A stretch of DNA of 63,572 nt, the filler included, from Octopus bimaculoides (taxonomy: Eukaryota), in assembly GCF_001194135.2 (NCBI RefSeq). It is 7 parts of 7 records of this genome, joined end to end, with 100 filler letters (N's around TTAATTAATTAA, not from the genome) between each part and the next. Parts side by side here need not be neighbours in the genome. Positions count along the whole stretch, not along the records: positions 49,655 to 55,179 come from NC_069006.1; positions 55,280 to 61,678 come from NC_069009.1; positions 61,779 to 63,572 come from NW_026315326.1; 4 more parts are not named here. One strand, written 5' to 3'. The notes below the pieces were generated by a model, which saw nothing but the letters and a program-made list of their open reading frames with translations, was not told the origin of the DNA and ran no database searches. Every line of letters begins with the position of its first letter. The stretch's first letter is position 1. A program made the translations under genes and the position numbers. Shown here in pieces: positions 53,671 through 63,572 of the stretch.

Positions 53671-53839
53671 CTGTAACGACAACAATTAAGAAATAGAAAT
53701 GGAACGGAAAAATGAAAACAAAATCAACACAAAAATTCATCAAAAAAGCGATGAACAATAGGAATATTGATCGAAATAAAGGATCCTACTCTTGCAATGA
53801 GATATTGATTTATCGAGGTACGAGTGAATATTTTTGAGT

Positions 53840-53959
53840 ACGTGGTTCCAGGTTCAGTCCCACAGCATGCTGCCTTGAACAAGTGTCTTCTGTTATAGCC
53901 TCGGGCCGACCAGAACCTTGTGGGTAGGTTTAATAGACGGAAACTGAAAGAAGCACGTC

Positions 53960-53993
<34 letters not shown>

Positions 53994-54230
53994 GTGTGTG
54001 TGTATTTATGTCTGTGTTTGTCCCCCACTACAGCTTGACAACCGTTGTTGGTGTGTTTACATCCCCGTAATTTCGACAAAATATGGATAGAATAAGTACC
54101 AGCTCTTAACGAAAAGTGAGTACTGGGATCGATTTGCTCGACGTTCGAGGTTTGACTAAAACTCTTCAAGTCAGTGCCCCAGCATGGCCGCAATCCAATA
54201 ACTGAAACATATAAGAGTTAAAAGATACAA
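53840..54230 (+). mobile_element. SINE
   Basis: Same family as 1-335. Confidence 0.85.
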
Positions 54231-54339
54231 GATACACATCCACACACGCACATACACACAAACATATACACACACAAACACACACACACGTAAACACACA
54301 CACACACGCACGCACACGTGCACACACACACACATCATC

Positions 54340-55100
54340 CAGGCAGAAGTGCGGTACCAGGAGGAAGAACGAAGATCAGGAGCTGTGAAACTAGCATCTC
54401 AAGGTGTCTGGATCAAATGGGACCTCCGTAAGAGGTAGGTCACATGGACTGACCTGTGGAGACTGGAACCTTGCCGTATCTCCTTCCTGCAATGGGCCGT
54501 TTGTAACACACTCCCGACACCAACAAACCTGCACAGGTGGGGTTTGAGGGAAAATCAGCCGTGTAGACTTTGTGGAGGCACACTGGCATACAACTATCTT
54601 GTCAGGGTGCAGAATAGCACTCTCGCAAGAAAGATATAAGTGACACCATGAGAGGGTGCCTGAAATACTTGCTCACACCCGGGGGCAGGAAAGGCTCAGG
54701 GAACAACATCATCAGGGGAAAACAACAACAACAATTCGGGAAAGAGGGAGAGAGGCCAGTGAAGACAGTAAAAAGAAACACAGGATACGAAAGGGTACCT
54801 GAGGGAGTGGCTGCAGTTTTCCCCAGGTCGTCGGTACAACCGTAAGGCCAGATGTGGTTCTGTGGTGTGAAAAGACCAAGAAAATGATCTTAATTGTGCT
54901 CACAATCCCGTGCAGAGAGGGATGTGATGAGGTTCATGAATTGAAGCGTGCCAAATATGAAAGCCTTCTACAGGATTGCAGGGAGAAAGGATGGCAGGTA
55001 TGGCTTTCTTCAGTAGAGGTTGGCTGTAGGGAGTCCCCTGCTCAGTCAGCATGACGGATGATTACAGGCATTGGAATGAGGAGAGAATAGAGTGAAAGGT
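54340..55100 (+). mobile_element. HERO/R2-group non-LTR retrotransposon 3' fragment (zinc finger plus restriction-like endonuclease)
   Basis: WTDLWRLEPCRISFLQWAVCNTLPTPTNLHRWGL...CRLCGG and RPDVVLWCEKTKKMILIVLTIPC..HELKRAKYESL..C..KGW....VEVGCR. Confidence 0.85.
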
Positions 55101-55279
55101 ATGGTTGGCTGACCGGCTGGCTGGCTGGCTGGCTCCCGCAGCAGGCTTACCATTTTACAGCAGAGTGAACTGGAGGAATNNNNNNNNNNNNNNNNNNNNN
55201 NNNNNNNNNNNNNNNNNNNNNNNTTAATTAATTAANNNNNNNNNNNNNNNNNNNNNNNNNNNNNNNNNNNNNNNNNNNN

Positions 55280-55331
<52 letters not shown>

Positions 55332-55518
55332 GTATATGCGTGCGTGTGTGTGCGTGCGTGTGTGTTTTTTTTTTGTGTGTGTGTGTGTACATTGTCGACT
55401 GACATAACTGTTGACAGGCCGCTGATTTTAAATATAGTGTTATATAGTAATATGTATACAAATTAGTGGCTCCAAGTGTTTGAAGTTAAAAGAATTGTTG
55501 CTTATATAAACAGCTGCA

Positions 55519-55559
55519 TTATCTGTTTCCCTGGGATTGGCCAAATGATGTACGCACCT
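55519..55559 (-). CDS. Candidate terminal coding exon of the LU gene
   Basis: Acceptor ttattgcgttgctatcag in phase 1 gives (E)VRTSFGQSQGNR* after the LU exon. It is short and hydrophilic, with no GPI signal. Confidence 0.4.
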
Positions 55560-55699
55560 CTGATAGCAACGCAATAAATTTTGAAAATTCATTACGGCGA
55601 TTATACCTTTTCATATATTAACTATTATACAATGTCCTTATTAAACATTCTCATCTAATAAATCAGGTGAAATTATATAAGAAAATAAACACCGCTTAC

Positions 55700-55883
55700 C
55701 AATGAAATAGTACTTGTTACATAAGTTTCCGGTGCAACAACTAACACAAGAAGCACCTCTGATCCATTTATTGCATGTAAAGGTATTGTTTCTCAGAGCT
55801 GCAAGACAATTTCTGTATGTGCTGCAGGATTTTTCAAACATCAGTGTAACGCCATTCGTCGTTATCTTATTTTCACATACAGG
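55700..55883 (-). CDS. Ly6/uPAR (LU, three-finger) domain protein, main exon
   Basis: PVCENKITTNGVTLMFEKSCSTYRNCLAALRNNTFTCNKWIRGASCVSCCTGNLCNKYYFI carries the LU terminal motif CCxxxLCN. Acceptor tttattgcaacag, donor G|gtaagc, 184 nt, phase 0-1. Lies within track ORF 55641..55901. Confidence 0.9.
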
Positions 55884-58113
55884 CTGTTGCAATAAATACA
55901 AAAATCATATACTACTACCACTTCTGCTGCTGCTACTACTACTACTATTACTACTGATTGCTGATGCTGATGCTGATGCTTATGATGCTGATGCTGCAAG
56001 CAACAGCCACAGCACAGGGAATATATAGTATACGAGAAAGTTGAATGAATCATTATTCTGAAAATTATCGCAAAGCAACGAATTGGATTGATACAAACTG
56101 ATCAAATGCTGAAAGACAACTTTATAAGTAATGTTCTGGAGATTTACTTATATTTATCGCTTGTTAATGATGTGTGATATACGTTGGAGATACCTAACAT
56201 TATCATATCAAATATCAACACGGCTATCGAAGCCCGTTGAAAATGAACACCACATCGCTTTGTCACTCATTTTCAAACGCGGAAGAAGAGAAAGGTTAAA
56301 TTCCATTAAAAACCATATCATTTAACCGAAACTTGTTTGAGTATTGCAGAGTCAATCCTTCATAGAAAGCGTAGGAAATATCTTACGTGTGAACCTCAGC
56401 AACAACAGAAACAAGAGCACCGGTGACTGTCGTAAATAAGGATAATCAAATAAAGGGCTGGACTTAAACACACAGGTTTTTCAAATAAAACAGAAAACAC
56501 ATAAATGGATACAAAAGTTATAATATATGTTTCTCATCGACATGCATATTCCATTGCAATAAAATGAAGTTACACTATATTCGCATAAATTTGGAGAGAA
56601 AATATCCAAGATCCAGACGAATCACTGAAGACCAACAATCTTGTTAATAATTCTTTCTTGAGATGTTAGATCTTGAAGTAGGGAAACTGTAAATGATAGC
56701 GTGCAAATATTGGTTTAGAAAATTCTTTGGATAAAAATGGTGTGGGAGATTGCCCGTGTAATTCGAATCCACATACCCTGTAAACATGAGTGGTGTTCTA
56801 CCACCAGACCAAAGCAATCCTTCGAATCTCTCTACTCATTTTAGAAACTTTATTCTTATCAGCGAGAATTCTATGTTGCTGACGTCATAAGAATCTATAC
56901 ATTTCAAGAAAGCATAAAGTAATTCTTCCTAGTAACGTTGGATTTACATCCCAATAATAATGATGGTAATAATTATTTTTGCATTTTGCTAATGAGCGAC
57001 GGATGAGTGGCCAATACAAAGAACGACATAAAGTATGAGGATTCATATAGAATAGAATTATAGATATATGAACATAAGCATGCATGGTATACAATATAAA
57101 AGCGAATGGTACACGAGTTTAAAGGTGATAGTGATGTGATCCTCGGTCGAACTTCGCTAAACACTCTGGAACTTCATCGTCCTCTTCGTACCTTTACGGG
57201 CGCACTACCACTGGCTGTGAATGACAATTCTTCTGAAACATTGCTTCAGAAATTCATTAGGCTAATCTCTGTAAGATTTGCAACTTCAAGGAACAGGATC
57301 CTTGTCTATGGGTCCAATTTGAGTTTACCGAGCAAATAAAACAAAATATATGGTCTGTATAACTGTACATTTTAAAGTAAGGATATCTTACACTATCCTT
57401 ATCTGCTGGCCTAACAGACTCCTTCAAGATATAATCAAGATGACCAATCCTGGATGCTCCGTGTCTGGAAAGTTACATCAGGAAAATCCAGTCGGAAAAA
57501 CTATAGACCTCTGGAAATTTTTAGCAGGATTTCGACGTTCTTTGTAGCCCCTTCTTTGCATTACTCTCTCACAGCTCCACCTTGTGTATAAAGTGCAGCT
57601 GCAAATTCACCTCGATGAGATCGAGAGGTCCCTAGGAAACCTTTCTGATATCATGATAAATCGAGCCCCCTTGACACAGTGGTGTCACACAACTACTAAC
57701 CTGGGAATACCACCTTCACTGTACGAATGCATTGCTTTCAGACATCACTGTGGAGCATCTGGTACCACCGATGTCCAGGACGACTGCCCAGACTTTGAAA
57801 TCCGGATTTGCCGGATAACATATCCATCGTTCAAACGAATATTGTAAGATACAGAAATATATCATAAGTAGTAGGTCGTAGAACAACGGATCTTGTTTCC
57901 AAGCTGACTCCAAAACACGTATATTCACACATCACACTAATCGTTGTTCTGCTGATTCAATAATGGAAAGATCGAGAGGGTATCTGTAACTGCTTACGAT
58001 TACATGGGCATCTAAAAGAATTAGCGAAATCATGGTACAAGTTACCTAGTCATATTGGTTTTGGGTGAGGGTTAAGTATATATTAAAAAGAAGAAAGTAA
58101 CATTCCAGCTTAC

Positions 58114-58176
58114 CTCATCGCCTGTACAGTTTGTCACTTCTGATTCATTGCACATCATCCTTGAACATGTTTGACA
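58114..58176 (-). CDS. Ly6/uPAR (LU, three-finger) domain protein, N-terminal half of the domain
   Basis: Translates CQTCSRMMCNESEVTNCTGDE. Acceptor ttttcag (or caatag 9 nt upstream, adding NFQ), donor GAG|gtaagc. Phase 0 joins in frame to the 55883 exon. Confidence 0.8.
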
Positions 58177-59176
58177 CTGAAAATTCTATTGAAATAACGA
58201 GTAATCTATAAAATACAAAAAAATATCAATAGTTAGGAACCAAATATGTAATGTATAAGAATAAGAGAAAATAATCACTTTGTGGTCTAAGGCAAATGTA
58301 AAAGTGTTAAGATTGGAATCAATACATGTGAGACATTTAAAGAAAATTATTAATGAAGACTACAAAAGTATGTTACGATTTTCACTTGCAATTGTTTCAG
58401 TTTTGTCACAAATTAAAATAAGAATACTATGGAAACTAACAGATGGCCTTTTCTCTTTGTATCCATGCTCTCACAAAAAGACCGAAAATTGTGGAACAGC
58501 TCAAATAAAGGGAGCTAATTCTAAAGTGGTGATTATGCTTTTATGCATTGAACTCCTTTATGAAATTTGTGAGTGCTATTTAAATTTTATAATAACGTAT
58601 AAAGATATAATCACTAATTTAATGAAGCAGTCTCTTTGTAGTGACTCGACCTATTCAAATTGTAGCCAAGACAGGAAGGCTATCTAATACTGAACGATCA
58701 CAGCTGGAATGTCTATGATACACGAAGTGAGCAAAACACATTGAAACAAAACATAAAAAAACAATGTTATTGATGTTTCGCTTTCAAATATATACATGTT
58801 TATGTATGTGTGTATATATGTGTGTGTGTATCTATGGATACGTATATTTTCTTGGGAGTGTACATAACCCTAACCCAATTTAACGTGACCACCTGAAACT
58901 TTGACTGTCTGAACCGGAGTTAGTTCTGTCGGTTGCAAACATTCAGTGTGTGTCTATAGTTTGAAGACATCTTCCTTGCTTTTCTCACCAATCAAAAACG
59001 ATTTTTTAAATGTCATGGAAATTCACTGTCCATATGATTTAACGCTAAAAATTGAACGTGTGTGTCAGAACGATATGTGTGTGTGCGTGTGTGTGCGCGT
59101 GTATGTATGTACGTATGTTTGTAATACCTATAAAAATACACATATATACATACACACACACACACACACACACACA

Positions 59177-59217
<41 letters not shown>

Positions 59218-60318
59218 NNNNNNNNNNNNNNNNNNNNNNNNNNNNNNNNNNNNNNNNNNNNNNNNNNNNNNNNNNNNNNNNNNNNNNNNNNNNNNNNNNN
59301 NNNNNNNNNNNNNNNNNNNNNNNNNNNNNNNNNNNNNNNNNNNNNNNNNNNNNNNNNNNNNNNNNNNNNNNNNNNNNNNNNNNNNNNNNNNNNNNNNNNN
59401 NNNNNNNNNNNNNNNNNNNNNNNNNNNNNNNNNNNNNNNNNNNNNNNNNNNNNNNNNNNNNNNNNNNNNNNNNNNNNNNNNNNNNNNNNNNNNNNNNNNN
59501 NNNNNNNNNNNNNNNNNNNNNNNNNNNNNNNNNNNNNNNNNNNNNNNNNNNNNNNNNNNNNNNNNNNNNNNNNNNNNNNNNNNNNNNNNNNNNNNNNNNN
59601 NNNNNNNNNNNNNNNNNNNNNNNNNNNNNNNNNNNNNNNNNNNNNNNNNNNNNNNNNNNNNNNNNNNNNTATATATATATATATGTATGTATATATATAT
59701 ATATATATGTATGTATATGTATGTATATATATAAATATATATAATGTATATATATACATACATATGTATTATATATTTATATATGCATATATACATACAT
59801 ACATGTATATATATACATACACTAACACACGCACGCACGTACAAAAAAACAAAAACTCGTACACTTGTACACATATATATCTGCAGTACCTCTCCTCGAA
59901 TTTAGATCCATATTTTCCTCCATGTTCCATGTTTCACTGACTCGTTTGCCGTTTCGTTCCCACCGCGACCAATTTCACCGCACCTTCTACATTACCAACT
60001 TCATATGAAAACAGTCAAGTCTCCTTTGCAATTCCATCTTCATCGGTTGAACACACTGTCGAGTGGCCAATAGCTTCGGGGATCACGTCCGAGATAACTG
60101 ACTTGGCAAACGGACACCACTCAGTCCTCGAATTGTACTTCAGCGCCCAATTTCCCATTTATTATTACTTGAGCAAAGAGGAATTTGTTTTCGTTCTCAA
60201 AACATACACGCATTTGATAAATTAGATAGATGTTTGTCTAACTTATTTCGTAACCATAAAATAGGTACAGATTATAAATAGCAAAAAGCCGTGCGTAGAG
60301 TGCACACACACACACACA

Positions 60319-60383
<65 letters not shown>

Positions 60384-60840
60384 GCAGACAGCGAATATAT
60401 CATGTTGTTTTTTCACTTTTACGCTCACAGATTTACATTCACGCATTTCAGTCGAAAAGAGAAATTGTAATAAGTAATAGTTTTACACTTTTTTATATGG
60501 CATGGACCTAGTAATCACGCAATTGCTTCTTCATATTTCCTTTTCTCTCTTGTCATGTTCATCACAGAGAATGTAGAGGTTCTTTTCATCTCCAACTCTA
60601 TAACATCCTACAGCTGACCATATGAGAAGGAAGGTTGAAGGAGGTTATGTCCCACCACCTTTAGAGATTGACCTGGTGCTTTGTTGATAGACATTGCAAA
60701 TCTATGTTTGACAGGAAACTGCCGTCTCTTGAATTGAAAGGGGAGGTCATTTAAGATGAGAGGTATCCTTGAAATGAGGATATTCTCAGCCATTATGTTA
60801 CCATCATGGAGAAGAGGTTTCTCAGCTGCACAAGAGACTT

Positions 60841-60912
60841 GCACATGTGTACCTCTGTCAGAGTGCACATGTGTACTTCTGTCACAGTGCACATGTGTAT
60901 CTCTGTCAGAGT
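60841..60912. repeat. 24-bp minisatellite, 3 copies
   Basis: gcacatgtgtacctctgtcagagt unit with small variations. Confidence 0.9.
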
Positions 60913-61501
60913 GGCATCCCAGAAGACCACTGCGATAGCAAACCTGGCCTTATGTTTGACATACTGTATTATCAACCATACGAAGAGCTGTAAATTTATG
61001 TGGGTCTCTTGACATAGTGTGACAAAAGCCTTAGATAGTCGCTCTCTGAGTATTTGGGATGGACAACATAGACTCTGCTAAGTATGTCTCATTTCTTGAT
61101 TCCCGGTTGATGTGTGGGTAGTCCAAGTGCATGTCTTTTCCATTTGTTTTGGTACCAGATATAGAATTGTGGAACTGCATTGTATAGCATATTGACAGCG
61201 CGTAAGAATGCTGTGAGTGTGGTATTTTGGGGAACTTCTATTTGTGGTTGGACTGTATCTCTCACTGTGCTGGCTGAGATGGAAGACAATGTCACGCATA
61301 CCCAACCGGAAGCACAGCTCTTTCATTTGCTGTTGACGGATTAAACCTCCCTCCATGCTGACCAGATGGTTTCACGTCTGATCTGATAACTATCTTGTAA
61401 TCCATGGAGTCAGGTGGATTTGTTTCAAGTGCAGTCTTGAAGTTTCTGATCAGGTGATTGTTGTTATGCAGCATCAGTTCCAGAGACACTACAATGCTTA
61501 T

Positions 61502-61678
61502 CCCGATGCCGGAAATGTTCTTGCGCTTCTCTTCACCTTCTTGTTGATAATCACCAATACCGATGCCGGAAATGTTCTTGCGCTTCTCTTCACCTTCTTG
61601 TTGATAATCACCAATACCGATGCCGGAAATGTTCTTGCGCTTCTCTTCACCTTCTTGTTGATAATCACCAATACCGAT
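61502..61678. repeat. 57-bp tandem repeat, 3 copies running into a gap
   Basis: cgatgccggaaatgttcttgcgcttctcttcaccttcttgttgataatcaccaatac starts at 61504, 61561 and 61618. Confidence 0.95.
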
Positions 61679-61829
61679 NNNNNNNNNNNNNNNNNNNNNN
61701 NNNNNNNNNNNNNNNNNNNNNNTTAATTAATTAANNNNNNNNNNNNNNNNNNNNNNNNNNNNNNNNNNNNNNNNNNNNAAAGATTTCATGTGTCGCCCGC
61801 ACATGAGCCAGTCCAGGGGCACCGGCAAA

Positions 61830-62025
61830 GATCTCGCTCGATGACGGGTTTCTTTCAGTTTCTGTCTCACAAGGTTTTGGTTGGCCCGAGGCTATAGTAG
61901 AAGACACTTGCCCANNNNNNNNNNATAGTAGAAGACACTTGCCCAAGATGCCATGCAGTGGGACTGAACCCAGATCTATGTGGTTGGTAAGCAAGCTGCT
62001 TACCACACAGCCACTCCTGCACCTT
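61830..62025 (+). mobile_element. SINE fragments
   Basis: cacaaggttttggttggcccgaggctatagtagaagacacttgccca...gggactgaaccc..ggttggtaagcaagct. Confidence 0.8.
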
Positions 62026-62329
62026 GAAGATCTTATGAAAAAAAGGATTCTTCATTCTGATCAAGCATACCCCGAAAAGCACCAGAAGGTTAAATATATA
62101 GCAAATTTCTATTTTAAAAGATCTAGTTGTAAGTATCACCATAGTAGTGGAAATATTTGTAAACAATCTTAATGAAAAATGTTGAAGAAAAAATGAAAGA
62201 TATTGATAAAAATATCAGGGAAAAAAAAANNNNNNNNNNNNNNNNNNNNNNNNNNATTGTAATTCAAAATTGGAAAAGTTCCTACTGTGATATAAAGAAA
62301 TAAATAGAATAGAGAGTAGAACCCCTCAA

Positions 62330-62720
62330 ATTCATAAGTCTATGCTAACTAGTCCGACTGTCCTACTCCATCTCAGCCTGGGCATATGGAAGGCCTGTGT
62401 TTTGTTCTCTATATACTAGAAAGGAGGGAGAATCTTATGGATCTTCTAATTGCAGTTAGAGGAGGCAAGCTTTGTAGATGATCTGGCAATGCTATCTCCT
62501 GAATACAACTAACTACAATAAGAATTCAAGAAAGTAGAAAACTACTCTGCAAAGCCAATTGAGTTTAATATCAACACCTCCAACATGGAAGTTATGTATA
62601 TTAACAGTACCACAAAGTACGTGAGAGTGGGAAGTTTTATTAGTAAAAATAACATGCAAAAAGTATCGAAGCAAAGTTAGGCAAAAATTGTGAATAGCTT
62701 CTGCAAAACTCAGCTGCTTC
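62330..62720 (+). mobile_element. Highly degenerate LINE (RTE-like) RT fragment
   Basis: ASFVDDLAMLSP (a FADD-like motif) followed by ...FNINTSNMEVMYIN. Confidence 0.45.
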
Positions 62721-63572
62721 TAGATATCTAACAAGCATACTTTAAAGATAAAGATGTAATAGTAATATTAAACCAGTAAGTATTACTGTATTGTTCTAAG
62801 TACTAAAATGATATTGAAGGGCAGATGGAATATATCAACACCTTTCTTAATGGCTGCTGCATTTTTGGGCCTTCTTAAAAAAAAACAAAAAAACTTCAAG
62901 TATGATACTAGAGATCAAGTGTGAATATTTGAATTTGTATGGCCATATTCTTAGAATGCATTGTGAAAGTAGAGTGGACTTCATTTCAATCACCCAAGGA
63001 GTACATAGAATAGGAGAATAACATTACTGTGGACGAGAGGTAGTGATGGTGGTTAAATAAAATATGTGCTTATGTATCTATCTAGATATTTATATTTACA
63101 TACACACTATTCTATATGAATATGTAATGAAATATATTGAAATGTGAAGGATAATGTACTGGCTTCTCAATTGAAGAATCGTAAGTTTGTCCCACTATTA
63201 GTATTATATTATATCCTGAGAAAGGAAATGAATGTATTCAAGTAGCTTAAATAAAATGAAAACAACCTAACAGCTACTCAGTAAACAGAATATTGATGAG
63301 TTTATAAAACAGATGAAAAGCTCTCACATGAGATAAGTTAAAAAGAAAAATCAGTTTCACATTAGAAGGATACACTCTATACTGAAATGCTTTTTTGTTA
63401 ACGAGCCATCATACATACTTTGTTCAAATAAGGGTGTTTTAGAAGTAATTTCTATGAGAATAAAAATATGAATTCCCAAGGTAAACAATTGACTTAGTTT
63501 CAAACTAATTAAGATGACTAGTAGCATTCGTTTTCAGATACAAACAATGAGACATTACAGAATATTATAAAT

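Larger units (their letters stand above)
60590..61678 (-). mobile_element. Helitron fragments (Rep N-terminal part and PIF1 helicase C-terminus, internally deleted)
   Basis: 61292..61489 LHNNNHLIRNFKTALE...HGGRFNPSTANERAVL (Rep); 60608..60892 RIPLILNDLPFQFKRRQFPVKHRFAMSINKAPGQSLKVVG..L..PSFSYGQL (helicase). Confidence 0.88.

Noticed and set aside
60841-61678. Short regularly spaced repeats suggesting a CRISPR array
   Set aside because: Contiguous tandem repeats without unique spacers, in eukaryotic transposon context.

Overview
Repeat-dense, AT-rich eukaryotic DNA, most likely from a fragmented Octopus genome assembly. That is inferred from the very high microsatellite load, recurrent tRNA-derived SINE families and Penelope, R4, HERO and Tx1 fragments. 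Six identical N44-TTAATTAATTAA-N44 linkers split the window into seven separately assembled pieces, so gene order across them is uncertain. Most ORFs in the track are microsatellite or gap artefacts. Two host genes can be read from spliced minus-strand exons. The first is a DEG/ENaC (ASIC/FaNaC-superfamily) sodium channel, with a clear TM1 plus FPSVTICN exon at 53503-53670 and a probable next exon ending at 53136. The second is a 12-cysteine Ly6/uPAR (three-finger) protein, with exons at 58114-58176 and 55700-55883 and a probable short terminal exon at 55519-55559 that has no GPI signal. The rest is decayed mobile DNA: gypsy gag-protease, Tx1, CR1/L2, R4 and HERO LINEs, Penelope GIY-YIG fragments, hammerhead-like motifs, mariner/Tc1, hAT, Helitron, foldback MITEs and SINEs. 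The most notable leads are the Ly6 gene directly upstream of the channel exons (with an assembly join between them), a hammerhead-like motif, a tRNA-headed element carrying a second degenerate hammerhead core, and a gypsy fragment bracketed by 53-bp inverted repeats. Repeat boundaries are approximate.
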